A stretch of 64,000 bases of DNA from a virus. Below, piece by piece: positions 1 to 10,489 of the stretch. Position 1 is the first letter of the stretch, and each line of letters begins with the position of its first letter. The notes below the pieces were generated by a model. It did not search any database. It saw nothing but the letters and a program-made list of their open reading frames with translations, and was not told where the DNA came from. Both the position numbers and the translations under genes were made by a program. The stretch covers positions 1 through 64,000 of the IMG/VR virus record IMGVR_UViG_3300042691_037387; one strand, 5' to 3'.

Positions 1-2524
1 GTGCACCATTTATTTCAACTGTAGAGCTAGCAAAGTCACCTTTGATTAGAGGACTTGATGTATTGCTATTAGAAATGTAAAGCTTGCTAGAACCAGTTTC
101 ATTATATCCAGCTTGATATCCTATAAATACATTTCCAGAACCAGACACTCCAACGCTATAACCAGCCTCATGTCCTATGGCTGTGTTATTTGCTCCAGCA
201 GAACCAAAAGACCCTTTTAGGGCAGAAGACCCAACCGCAACGTTATATCCCCCTGAAACATTTTCTGCTGCATAATAACCAATTGCCACAGAATAACTAT
301 TAAAATTATTATAATACAATGATCTATATCCAACGGCAACGTTTCCTTGACCAGATCCTGTGCCCACTAAAGCACCGTCTCCAATTGCTACGTTATAAAA
401 ACCAGAAACGGAGTTATTGCCTGCATTGTATCCAAGAAATGTTGTTCCACCACTCAGTGATGTTTTACCATAAACAATGCCTTCAGTTGTAGGTGCTGCA
501 GAAGGAATACTACCACCAGGAGCAGTTGAATTAGTCCAAGTAGTGCCATCATATAATATAACTTGATTTGTAAGTGGAATGCCAGAAATTACAACGTCTG
601 ACAAATCATTTAATTGAGCATTTAAACTAACCGTTGCAGAAGAACCTTCTCCAGCAGTATGGGAAACCGAAATGCCAGTTCCAGATGAAATTCCAGACAT
701 ATAATTGCCTGTAGTATCTGTTCCCAAGTTAATTGGGTCAGCTATCCATGCAGAACCATTCCACTTTAAGAAATCATTAGACGAAGGGGTTGCTGCTGAC
801 ACGTTTCCAAGATCGTCTAGTGCTGCACTATTAAGAGCTGTGGTATGATCATGAGCATCGTGTCTTGCAGAGTTAAAGTATTGTGTATGGTCGTCGTCTG
901 AAAGACCAGTAAGATTTCCGTGGTCAGATACTGCAACGGCGGCAGCACCAGTGCCACCAGATATGGTGCTTCTAATATCTACAAGACTAACAAGCCTTGC
1001 TTTTGGAGTGTTTGAGTAGCTGGTAGATGTGTCAAATATGAACTTGTATAATGGTCTAAATTCAAAAACTGGAAATCCATCTAAGTCAAGACTAGAAAAA
1101 TCTACAGCTTCGGCTTCCCCAACGTTTGTATATTGACCTTGACTAAGTATTGCTACAATGGGTTCATTCAAATTATTAGTAGCTATAATCCAAGATATTC
1201 CAAATTGATTATTATTTATATCTGGAGTTGTCCATGTTCCAGCTGTATTTAAATTGTATGTAGCTATAGAAGATCCAGATTTAATTGGATATTGAGTTGC
1301 CACATCTTTCTTCCAAGAGGAATTAGACCTATAAAACATAGGAATATAAGCGCCAGATTGCAATCTTTGCTCCCATGTATTTGAAGTTGGCGTTGCACTA
1401 TGTTCAATATCAACCTGAAGATCTTCGTCAAAGAATGTTCCATTAGCAAAATCTATTTGACAGTGTGAATTTGAAGAACCATTTCCACCAAGAACATAGT
1501 TATTAACACCAAAACCATTAGCAATCGCTGCACCACGAGTCCTGTGTAGATACTCATGTGTTGCCCAGTCAAGAGTGACTCCGTGTCTTTCATCGGCAAA
1601 GAAGTATGCTTTGTTTTCTACATCATTCCAATAGATATAAGCAGTTGGAGTATCTTGGTCCCATGTAAAGAATGTTGTTTTGTAAGCTAGAGATCCAGAA
1701 GAATTAAAATAAATGTAATATAAACCAGACGTATCTGGAATAGTTACAGTTTCAGTTCCTGTTTTTATATATCTTTTACCCGCGCACCAAACAGTATAGC
1801 TTGTTGATGCTGGAGCTATAGAAAATTCTCTTGTAGATTCATTGAAAGATATTACGCTATCTTCTCTATTTTCATGACCTATTGGTTCTCCACTAGGTAG
1901 TGTTGTATTAACCCAATTTGTTCCATTGTAAACTAATAATTGACCATTTAAAGCTGATGATATTGCGGCGTCATTTAGATCATCTAGCGAAGCGTTTAGT
2001 GCTATATTAGGAGTGGCTCCCTCTCCACCAGTATTTGTCAGCGCTATTCCAGTGCCAGAGGTAATAGTTGCTACATAATCCCCAGTTGTATGATATCCAA
2101 GTTGTACAGAATCTGCAATTATTGAATTTATATCATAAAAGTTTGAGCCATCATTTGTATACTGCCAGGTATCAGTAGTTTCGTTCCATCTAATTTGAAC
2201 ATTTGTAGATGTACCTCTTTCAACTTCTATTCCAGCATTTGTGCTTGGCGTTGCAGAAACATTAGAATTTAATATAAGTATATTATCTTCTATCGTTACA
2301 TTTTCTGTATTAATAGTTGTGGTAGTTCCACTTACCGTAAAATTACCAGTGACAGTAAGGTCAGCGTTTATGGTAACATTGTCAGAAGTAGTGATAGAGC
2401 TATATCCATCTTGCAGTAAATCAAGACTAGAGCTAACCAAATCTCCATTTAATTTCTTAAAATAAAATACTTTATTTGTTGGGTCAATGGCTACTTGACC
2501 AATATTAATATTGGGGACTGGCAT
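1..2524 (-). CDS. Tail fibre / receptor-binding protein, runs off the left edge (absent from the ORF track because it has no stop in the window)
   Basis: Manual translation from ATG 2524: MPVPNINIGQVAIDPTNKVFYFKK...LTVTGNFTVSGTTTTINTENVTIEDNII...AGIEVERGTSTNVQIRWNETTDTWQ. Has repeated LDDLNDA/LNDLSDV...YNGTNW units and C-terminal NVAIGDGAL/NTAIGHEAG beta-roll repeats typical of phage fibres. Confidence 0.75.
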   Translation of the reverse strand, partial: MPVPNINIGQVAIDPTNKVFYFKKLNGDLVSSSLDLLQDGYSSITTSDNVTINADLTVTGNFTVSGTTTTINTENVTIEDNILILNSNVSATPSTNAGIEVERGTSTNVQIRWNETTDTWQYTNDGSNFYDINSIIADSVQLGYHTTGDYVATITSGTGIALTNTGGEGATPNIALNASLDDLNDAAISSALNGQLLVYNGTNWVNTTLPSGEPIGHENREDSVISFNESTREFSIAPASTSYTVWCAGKRYIKTGTETVTIPDTSGLYYIYFNSSGSLAYKTTFFTWDQDTPTAYIYWNDVENKAYFFADERHGVTLDWATHEYLHRTRGAAIANGFGVNNYVLGGNGSSNSHCQIDFANGTFFDEDLQVDIEHSATPTSNTWEQRLQSGAYIPMFYRSNSSWKKDVATQYPIKSGSSIATYNLNTAGTWTTPDINNNQFGISWIIATNNLNEPIVAILSQGQYTNVGEAEAVDFSSLDLDGFPVFEFRPLYKFIFDTSTSYSNTPKARLVSLVDIRSTISGGTGAAAVAVSDHGNLTGLSDDDHTQYFNSARHDAHDHTTALNSAALDDLGNVSAATPSSNDFLKWNGSAWIADPINLGTDTTGNYMSGISSGTGISVSHTAGEGSSATVSLNAQLNDLSDVVISGIPLTNQVILYDGTTWTNSTAPGGSIPSAAPTTEGIVYGKTSLSGGTTFLGYNAGNNSVSGFYNVAIGDGALVGTGSGQGNVAVGYRSLYYNNFNSYSVAIGYYAAENVSGGYNVAVGSSALKGSFGSAGANNTAIGHEAGYSVGVSGSGNVFIGYQAGYNETGSSKLYISNSNTSSPLIKGDFASSTVEINGA

Positions 2525-2534
2525 TTACGATCCT

Positions 2535-2775
2535 TTATTTTGCTTTTTTATCCACCTTATTAAAAACTTCGTTTATCTCAGATACTGACAATTTGCCATC
2601 GTCCAAAAATGCTCTGGACAATCCTTCAATAACCGTTGCTACTCCTGCCATTCCGTGCCATAAAACAGGCTTTCCATAAAGGAACTCCAGCTATGGCTCC
2701 AGCACCTATAACGCTGAGTCCGGAAGCAGCAAAAGTGGCAATTATTCTTAAAAAAATGTTATTTACAGTTTTCAT
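2535..2775 (-). CDS. Holin-like small membrane protein, 79 aa after +1 shift at CGGA (extra C at 2655)
   Basis: MKTVNNIFLRIIATFAASGLSVIGAGAIAGVPLWKACFMA-[c]GGA-GMAGVATVIEGLSRAFLDDGKLSVSEINEVFNKVDKKAK*. Two hydrophobic segments and a basic tail; GGAGG RBS upstream. Confidence 0.55.
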
Positions 2776-2792
2776 TCACCCTCCTATAGTAA

Positions 2793-4221
2793 CTATCCTA
2801 TATATCTTTTTCTCTGAATTAACACAATTCCTATGCAAATTAAAGCGAAGCCAATCATTAAACTAAAATATGCCGAACTTCCAGTCTTTGGAAGCTTTGG
2901 TCCATGATCATGTGTACTGTGGTCGTGAACAGTTGTCGTAGTAACTGGTTCTATTGCAACGCTTGTGGTTGTTTCTGGAATAGTAATAGCTGCCGCAGTC
3001 GTAGTTGTCTGCTCTGTTGTAGTCGGAGCAGGGGGGACTGTGGTTGGAGCTGGCTCCGTAGTGGTTGGAGCTGGCTCAGTAGTGGTTGGGGCTGGCTCGG
3101 TAGTGGTAGTAGTCGGGGCAGCTATTGTAGTAGTTGGTGGATTCCACGTAACTGTTGAAGAAACAGTCTTGGCGACTCCATTTACCGTAGCAGTAGCGGT
3201 GTAGGTAGCTGTTCCAGTTGAATTAGTGCGAACAGTTATGGTAGCAATTCCACTCGCATTAGTTGTAGCACTAAAAGTTTGACCAGCATCTGGGCCTGCA
3301 CTGACAGTAACTGTGACGGTAACTCCAGATTGAGGTACTCCAGCAAGTGTTTGGGCTGTAGCAGTAATAATTAAATCTTCACCAGCTCTTGGAGAAGTTG
3401 GGCTAATTGCTAAAGTAAAGGAGCTTGGAAGAGAAACTGATCCTCCACCAATTGATACTGCTTGGTAAGGGCTAGTAGTTGCGTTTGGATATCTCCACTC
3501 AGCAAGTGTTTTTAATGTTCCAACATTGCCAGTAAAATAGCCATGCCAGCAGGCAGCAACCATAGTGTCAGTTAAATTAAAGTCAGTCGCTCCATCTGCT
3601 GTAGCACGTGGGCCACCGTTGCATCCTCCGTTATTGTAAGTTGCACTTGGCAAAAGAGCGGTAAGCCAACCAAAGCGACCCATGTTGGCAAATAATCCAC
3701 CACCAGAGTTAACAAAGTCAGCTATGACTTCAGCTTTTGCAGTAAATATATCTTCAACTCCAGAAGGTCTTGCCCAGTTATCTGGAATCCAAATGACTTT
3801 TGGTTTTAAGGTATTAATATTATTAAAGAAGTTTGTAACTTCAGTAGTAGAATTATAAAAATTAACAGTTGGCGCAGTGGAAAACTGACCAAGATACTTT
3901 GTTGTTAAAAGAGTGTTCCAGTTACCACCACAAGAGTTATTAGCACCATTAGCGCCAAGAACAGCAATTGTTCCACTGTTAATATTGGTCGCACCGTCAT
4001 AAGTTTTCTTTAACACTTGTGCTATATAGCCCCATGTTCCTTCTCCACCAGAGTGACAGACAGGATCCATACCATCAAGGACTATTGGGCCTCCGCCAGT
4101 AGTAGCTTTAGCTGGTTGTCCACCAACTATATATCCGTATTCCGTTATCTGATTTAAATGGAATAGATCCAGCTACCAACAACAGGCCAACCGCTATTAA
4201 TAAGCGACCAATATTCTTCAT
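2793..4221 (-). CDS. Secreted LPXTG-anchored surface protein with Ig-like (Big_1-type) domain and PT-rich stalk, 475 aa after +1 shift at 4137
   Basis: Signal peptide MKNIGRLLIAVGLLLVAGS at 4221 joins ORF 2793..4070 via ATA-[c]GGA-TAT. Contains TNASGIATITV Ig motif, PAPTTTE repeats, and C-terminal LPKTG + TM helix + RKR. Confidence 0.75.
3035..3125 (-). repeat. Coding 21-nt tandem repeat encoding (EPAPTTT)n
   Basis: Repeated ggttggagctggctc(c/a)gtagt units on the plus strand. Confidence 0.85.
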
Positions 4222-4233
4222 TTAATTTTCCCC

Positions 4234-7231
4234 TCACTCATCTTTCTGTAGCATTGCATTTATATAGTGGACTACAAATGCGCAGCTGGTGGCTATAACA
4301 GTGATTTTCCTGGTATCACCAGAAAGTGTGGCAAACACTATTACTGTACCTGATATAGTAAAGGCAAGGGCAGCTGTCTCCCTTGCAAACTTTTTAATAA
4401 AGCCCAATGGGCTAAATTTCTTTTCCATTGTTCCCTCCGTATATTTAAATATGCTATTTCTGGTGAAGGTCTCGTCACCTCCATCTCCATCTGGTCCTTC
4501 GATTTCCGGAGCTTCCTCCTCATCTTCTGACCCCTCTTCTTCTTCCTTCCTTGCGGCATTATTTTCACCTCCTGCAGGTCCTGTGCCACCTGACGAACCA
4601 CCAGAAGATGGTCCACCAGATCTAGATCCACCAGAAGATGGACCTGAACCACCAGCTGCAGAAGCAGCAGCAGCTGCTGTCAAAAGAGTCGTTGCAGCTA
4701 ATAAAGTTCTACGAGAAGCTACGTCAATATTTGAACCAACTGGTACATAATCATCAAAGCCTGAGGCGTAGATATTTATTTCTCCCTCAAAAGCATCTCT
4801 AACTTCTTGTGGAGCTTCCTGGACTGCAGCGGTGATTTCTGATTTAGCTTCTTCTGTTAACTCTCCGGCATCAACTGCAGCAAAGACTTCAACTGCTTGG
4901 TCGCCAGTAATATTTTGTATAACTTCTGGGCTAGTAGCAAGCTCTGTAGCTAATTCAGTTGATATTTCCTCTTCTAAAACAGCATCTAATACTTCTTGAA
5001 TTTGCTCAGCATCGAGATTTTCAAGAACTTCTGTATTTGTGATTAACTCTGTTGCCAGTTCTGTATCTATTCCAGCTTCTAGAATTTGATCAACAGCTTC
5101 CTGAACCTGCTCTTCTGTTAAACTGTCAGATGATAAAAGTTCAGATACCTGTTCTGGATCTGCATCTCCGTTTATAACGTCTTCAATTGCGGAGTTTAAT
5201 TCTTCAGTAGTTACTATTGAGTCGTTGGTGTTACTTTGGTCACCTTCATCAGTTGTATCTTGTGGGATGGTTTCAGATGTTTCTTCCTCTAAAGATGGCT
5301 CTTCTTGCGCTACAGATGTGGTCGTCTCTACTTCAGGCTCTGGATCAGTGGGACTTTGAGAATTCTCATTTTGTTGAGGATCAGGTTCAGGAGTAGGTTC
5401 AACAACAGGTTCAGGCTCGGTTGTTGTGGTGACCGATGGTGTAACATCAGGTTCTGTAGTGGTGGTAGTTTGCTGCTCGGGTTCAGTCGTTGTTGTGGTT
5501 GTTTCTGGCTCGGTAGTTGTAGTTGCTTCTTCTTCTGGTTCAGTAGTAGTAGTCTGCTCAGGTTCGGTAGTAGTTGTTGTCTCTGGGACGGTAGTTGTTG
5601 TAGTTGTGGTAGTAGTTGTTGTAGTGGTTGTTGTCGTAGTAGAAACGGTGTTGGATAATTGAACAAATTGTGTCCCAGTGCTCAATGGAGTAGCAGTAGC
5701 GCCAACATTTGACGAGCCATTCCAATAGAAATATTGAATCCAGGTATTGTTTTCATCCCAAGTATTATTGGAAACAGTTGACCAACCCTGATATCTCTGA
5801 CCATTGTTATAGGCATCGTCTAGATATATAGATATGTTATTATTGGCAAAATTATTACCGTAAATATATCTGTTATCTGTACCCATATTAAATGTCGTTG
5901 GAATCCAGGCATTGTGATATATTGCAATTGAGTTACCTGTAAAATTAGAATTAAGAATTTGAGTTCTGTTTAAACCAGTGACATTTGCCCCATATGAATT
6001 GTTTGCAAAAGATGAATTTATAATTTTTGTGAATCTGTAATTATAAATTCCAGCCCAGTTGCTGGAGAATGTATTGTTATTAACATACGTTCTATTTTGA
6101 AAATTAGAATCAGCGTATTGATCCCAAGTAGTGGTGCCTGCAGGTAGCTGTGGAGTTGACCCATAGTCTCCTGCTATTCCTATATTAAGATTGTCCCAAG
6201 TGCAATTTGTATAAGTTGCAACAGCTCCAGCGTTATTGTTAAATGCTGCGGAGCCAGCGGTCATTGAGGTAAACCTTACGTTGGTTGCAGAAACTGTGCC
6301 CCTATTATTATAAATTATTCCACCACTAGTCTGCTGACCTTTTTTAAGTGTCATATCAGATATTGTTAGTGATATGTTTTGATTAACAAAGAACTGTCTA
6401 TAAAGTGCGTTTCCGATCAATGATTGTATTAGTTTGGCCATTGCCAGTAATCGTCAAGTTTTGGGAAATAGCTGGCAGAGCGCTAGTAAGTGTAATTGTT
6501 CCGTTGGCGGATGGAGCAAATGTTATTGAGTCATATATGCCACCAGAACTTGCATTAGCCTGAGTGATCGCCCACCTTAAGGTTCCAGAATCGCTAGTAT
6601 CTGCTAAAGAAGTAACTACTAATGAGGTCGGAACTGGAGCTGAATAAATACATGGTTGCGCACCAGAGCCACCAGAACAAGACTGCCAACCAATATCAGA
6701 AGTCCAGCTAGAACTACTTGTAAATTCAGTATTTGATAGTAGTTCTACGTTGTCATCAAACTTTAATGAAGCTGACTCTACACGAGTACCATAATTGCCA
6801 GCCCAAAACTCTCCATCTCCACCATTTATAAAAGCCCTAGCAGTTACTGCGCTGCTCCATCCAGAACTCCCTACTCCAGATTCGCTAATAGAAATTTCAT
6901 AATTAGAGAATTGGGTAGAGTCAATACTTAGGTTTCCAGTTGAGTGGGAATAAATAAGCCCACCACCCTGACCATAAAGCTGTATTCCAACATTTATTGG
7001 ATCGCTGGATTCTTTCCAGTCCTGAGTTTCAGCAGCAGAAACAACTAATGTTAAAGAGGATTTACCAGAAGTGTTAATAGCTACATCTTGATAAATGTTC
7101 GCTGATTGATAAGCAAATACTAATTGATTATTATCTGCAGCAGAAGCTAAATTTTGAAAAGCTGAAGCTACTACAGATACGCAAAATAAAAATGCAAGGA
7201 TCCAAGATCCTCTTAGTGGTTTTCTTTTCAT
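4234..7231 (-). CDS. Large exported membrane-anchored protein (beta-helix domain, Thr-rich linker, acidic domain, C-terminal TM), 998 aa after +1 shift at 6415
   Basis: Signal peptide MKRKPLRGSWILAFLFCVSVVASA; VVTSLADTSDSGTLRWAI motif; junction TIID-[c]GGA-NALYRQF restores the usual 'TIIDGN' beta-helix entry; poly-Thr/TTTTEPE linker; hydrophobic C-terminus. Confidence 0.75.
5395..5650 (-). repeat. Low-complexity coding repeat (poly-Thr, TTTTEPE)
   Basis: (gtt/gta/gtg)n runs on the plus strand inside the CDS. Confidence 0.85.
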
Positions 7232-7294
7232 TTTCCCTCCGGTGGTATACGTAATAGTAATTAGATGGAGAGAAAATTAGCGGCCAAAAAGGGA

Positions 7295-7326
7295 CAACCC
7301 CAGTGACTTTTACATCACTGGGGTTG
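7295..7326 (-). terminator. Intrinsic terminator downstream of endolysin
   Basis: CAACCCCAGTGA-loop-TCACTGGGGTTG stem followed by TCCCTTTTT on the minus strand. Confidence 0.7.
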
Positions 7327-7354
7327 AGCGCCGGCCTCCGTAGACTATATTATA

Positions 7355-8146
7355 TCAGTCAATATCTAGAATTGCAAACACTTTCTCGCCTGCGGCTGTA
7401 TCATTTTTCAAGCCATTGACACCCTTGAGTTTACGTACGGCTTCACCAGTTGCGGCATCATAAGTACCAGTTGCCTCACCAGTATAAAAGCCAGCCTTCT
7501 TTAGGGCAGTCTGTAGTCTCTTTACATCTTCTCCAGTTGCACCAACATCAAGCTTGTCTCTCATTGGAACTTCCTGTACTTCACCAGCTGGAGCTGGAGC
7601 ACCCGACATTGCAGGAGGAGTTGCATCGCCTACGCAATACTGCCAATGCCAAGCTTCATATTCTGGATTTGGTCTACCATCTTTTGTTGGCGCACCCTGA
7701 AGATAAAAACCATACTTGGGTGCATTTTCGCACATCCACTTGTAACGCTTCGCGTCTTGCATATTGAGATCTATCGCAAGACCAAGGCCATGATTTGAGG
7801 TACCGGGGGTGCCAGATGGACTCATGCCCTCTTTGAGGTACCAAGTCTTACCATCATACTTTCTTGTGATTTCTGGATTACGCTTAGTCTTTTTGTCTTC
7901 ATAGCGTGACATAAACATTGAAAGCTGAGCTTCAAATGGTCTGTAGTCACCAATATTTTGAAGTTTATGACCAGCCTTCACCGCTTCATCATATAGAGCA
8001 TTGAAAGCCTGCGCTGCTTTAATCCACATTTGTCCGCCACACTTAACCTTCGCCAATTGATTTGGCTTTAATTTTCCATTCTCTACATTCTGTAGCTCCT
8101 TTGGAATCACCATTTTTGCTACTGGATGTTCTTGTGTATTGCTCAT
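7355..8146 (-). CDS. Endolysin: M15B (VanY-like) peptidase + C-terminal peptidoglycan-binding domain
   Basis: YRPFEAQ...PGTSNHGLGLAIDL...EAWHWQY M15 motifs; GEDVKRLQTALKKAGFY...G.YDAAT.EAV PGBD. Confidence 0.85.
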   Translation of the reverse strand: MSNTQEHPVAKMVIPKELQNVENGKLKPNQLAKVKCGGQMWIKAAQAFNALYDEAVKAGHKLQNIGDYRPFEAQLSMFMSRYEDKKTKRNPEITRKYDGKTWYLKEGMSPSGTPGTSNHGLGLAIDLNMQDAKRYKWMCENAPKYGFYLQGAPTKDGRPNPEYEAWHWQYCVGDATPPAMSGAPAPAGEVQEVPMRDKLDVGATGEDVKRLQTALKKAGFYTGEATGTYDAATGEAVRKLKGVNGLKNDTAAGEKVFAILDID

Positions 8147-8193
8147 TTTTCTCCTTGAAATATTTAGTAATTTCTGATTATATAGTAAATGAT

Positions 8194-8940
8194 TTATGTA
8201 TATTTTTTTATCAAAGCTTCAGGATATGAGTCATCTATATCTTGATACTTTAGTGGGAACCTATCAAATGGATCGATTCCGAGTTTTATTCTATTAATTA
8301 TTGATTCATAAGATTTAAATTCATCTTTATCATATTCTGTATGGGCGAATGATTCTATTTTATTCTTAACTTTTTCTTCTTCCCCCAAGAATGAGAAATG
8401 CCAACCTCCATCAGGAACTATTGGAAGACTAATAGATCTTAATTCTTGAGGGGTTTTCGATGTTAGGTGTTTCTTTCTACAAACAACTGGCCTAGCACCC
8501 TGATTGCAGTGATCTGGAACCTGCCAATGATAGTTCCAAAAATACTGCTTTACATCAAGCTTTACTGGAATATTTTTAATCTTTAATTTACTTACTGTTT
8601 TTTTATTCCAAATTTCATCAGCATCAGATATAACTATCAAGTCATCTTCATCTAGGTTCATTTTTTTAATAGCTTCTGATATGGCATTTCTCTGAGCATA
8701 CTCTCTATCCCAAGCGGATTGTGTCTCATCAGTAAAATCTATTCTATATAAAATAATTTTATGATTGTATTCAGATAAATCTTCCATAATATTGTCAAAA
8801 TAAAATGGTTTATTTTTTCCAGTAAAAGTTTTGGAAGCTTCAACAATAACAAAATAATCTACATAATCAGATAATTCTTCTAATCTTAGCTTAAGAATTT
8901 CTTCTTCATTGTAATATGTAAAGCAGTCAAATATTTTCAT
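8194..8940 (-). CDS. Glycosyltransferase family 17-like (MGAT3-like)
   Basis: MKIFDCFTYYNEEEILKLRLEEL..VDYFVIVEA..TFTG..KP, REYAQRN, ISDADEI, GGWHFSF, KIESFAHTE. Confidence 0.85.
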   Translation of the reverse strand: MKIFDCFTYYNEEEILKLRLEELSDYVDYFVIVEASKTFTGKNKPFYFDNIMEDLSEYNHKIILYRIDFTDETQSAWDREYAQRNAISEAIKKMNLDEDDLIVISDADEIWNKKTVSKLKIKNIPVKLDVKQYFWNYHWQVPDHCNQGARPVVCRKKHLTSKTPQELRSISLPIVPDGGWHFSFLGEEEKVKNKIESFAHTEYDKDEFKSYESIINRIKLGIDPFDRFPLKYQDIDDSYPEALIKKYT

Positions 8941-9394
8941 ATACAAACACATTCTCATTTTTTAACATAGAATATTTTTTTATCTCTCTAACTAAGTCAT
9001 CATTGTGATTTAAAAAATCACTCAATTCAGATGCCCATGTCCCAGGATTAATCAAGAAAATATGTCCAGATGGTTTCATTATTGCTCTTATTTGTTCTGC
9101 AATATAATTGTTGTTATCTAAATAAACTTTAGGACTATAGTTTATAGATAAAAACAAGTCTGAATAATTGTATCCCATATAAGGGGAGTTTAAACCTATT
9201 TCCCAGTAAGCCACTTCATCAATATATTCCTGATGATTTCTGTCAGTATGCAGCACGAAACTTCCTATCGAATGCTCTGAGCTAGCCATATCTTTCTTGA
9301 GTGATACAGCATATTCGATATCAGAATATATTACTACACTATTTTTTTTAGGAAAAACATCCCTAATGATGTGGCATAGAAAATTATTATTCAT
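8927..9394 (-). CDS. Hypothetical protein (possibly degenerate methyltransferase fold)
   Basis: ORF within the glycan operon; IRAIMKPSGHIF resembles an MTase motif. Confidence 0.45.
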   Translation of the reverse strand: MNNNFLCHIIRDVFPKKNSVVIYSDIEYAVSLKKDMASSEHSIGSFVLHTDRNHQEYIDEVAYWEIGLNSPYMGYNYSDLFLSINYSPKVYLDNNNYIAEQIRAIMKPSGHIFLINPGTWASELSDFLNHNDDLVREIKKYSMLKNENVFVYENI

Positions 9395-9395
9395 T

Positions 9396-9932
9396 TTACA
9401 TGGGTTTTCTGGCGTCTACCTTAAGCCAACCCCATTCATCTCCTCTTTGTATGTCAAGGATTTCAAACCCCATATTCTTAAAATCATCTTCAAGCATTCT
9501 ATGAGTTAATCCTACAAAGTGATAATCAAATGGATTTAATTGTTCTGCAAAGAATATCTGTTGCATTCTTCTGTCGCCTTCTAAAGAATTCCAATTAAGT
9601 ATCTGTTGACATGCGAGCAAAAAGTCTGGCACTTCTATTCTAATCATTCCACCTGGCTTTACAATTCTACACCATTCTTTTAAAACAGACTGATACTCTT
9701 TCCATGGAAAATGTTCTAGACATTCTGAATTGTAAACTATGTCAGCATAGTTGTCAGGCATATTTAGTTTTCTAGCATCACAAACTACGTCCACTGGAAC
9801 TTGTTTTTGATTTACATGATCATATAATGGTGTCGGATCTATGTCTACATGAATCCAGTCTGGACCCAAATAGGTTCTTGTTCCGATTACAACTTTGATT
9901 CCATCACCTTGAGGTATAGTTTCTAATCTCAT
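9396..9932 (-). CDS. SAM-dependent methyltransferase (Methyltransf_11-like)
   Basis: CDARKLNMPDNYADIVYNSECLEHF...EWCRIVKPGGMIRIEVPD. Confidence 0.85.
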   Translation of the reverse strand: MRLETIPQGDGIKVVIGTRTYLGPDWIHVDIDPTPLYDHVNQKQVPVDVVCDARKLNMPDNYADIVYNSECLEHFPWKEYQSVLKEWCRIVKPGGMIRIEVPDFLLACQQILNWNSLEGDRRMQQIFFAEQLNPFDYHFVGLTHRMLEDDFKNMGFEILDIQRGDEWGWLKVDARKPM

Positions 9933-9937
9933 TTTAC

Positions 9938-10489
9938 CTACGTTCTCAATGGCCAGACTGGCATTTTTGTAATTTCAATATTATTTAGATATGGATTGGA
10001 GCTATCTCTATTAGAGAGTATTGGATCTTTTACTGACCACTCTGCTCCAATTTCCTTGTCATCCCATGCTACACCAAGTTCATCTGCTTGGTTATAATAA
10101 TTGTCAACCAAATAAGTTAAAATCATATCTGTAGTAGCAGAAAAACCGTGAGCAACTCCTGGCGGTATATATAAGCCTAAGTTATTATCCCCTGTTAAAT
10201 CTACAGAAAAAATCTCTCCCTGTGTAGGAGACCCTATTCTCATATCATATATGATAGCTCTAGCCTCACCAAATGGAACATACCAATAATCTGATTGATG
10301 CAAGTGATAATGGAATCCAGCCAATGCACCAGCTGATTTTGAAGACCTATTGGTTTGTATTACTTCTCTAGCACCAGGTATCCAGTCTCTTCTGTATGAT
10401 TCAGTAAAAAAACCTCTTTCATCACCAAACTTTTGCGGCTCAACTAGGTAAGCTCCTTTTACATTTGTTTCCTGTACTTTTGCGCCCAT
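9938..10489 (-). CDS. rmlC: dTDP-4-dehydrorhamnose 3,5-epimerase
   Basis: FGDERGFFTESY, GFHYH, DMRIGSPT.G, LYIPPGVAHGF, GVAWDD. Confidence 0.92.
   Translation of the reverse strand: MGAKVQETNVKGAYLVEPQKFGDERGFFTESYRRDWIPGAREVIQTNRSSKSAGALAGFHYHLHQSDYWYVPFGEARAIIYDMRIGSPTQGEIFSVDLTGDNNLGLYIPPGVAHGFSATTDMILTYLVDNYYNQADELGVAWDDKEIGAEWSVKDPILSNRDSSNPYLNNIEITKMPVWPLRT

Noticed and set aside
2904-5666. Plus-strand Val/Ser-rich ORFs and CRISPR-like periodicity
   Set aside because: These are antisense shadows of Thr/Pro coding repeats, with no repeat-spacer structure.
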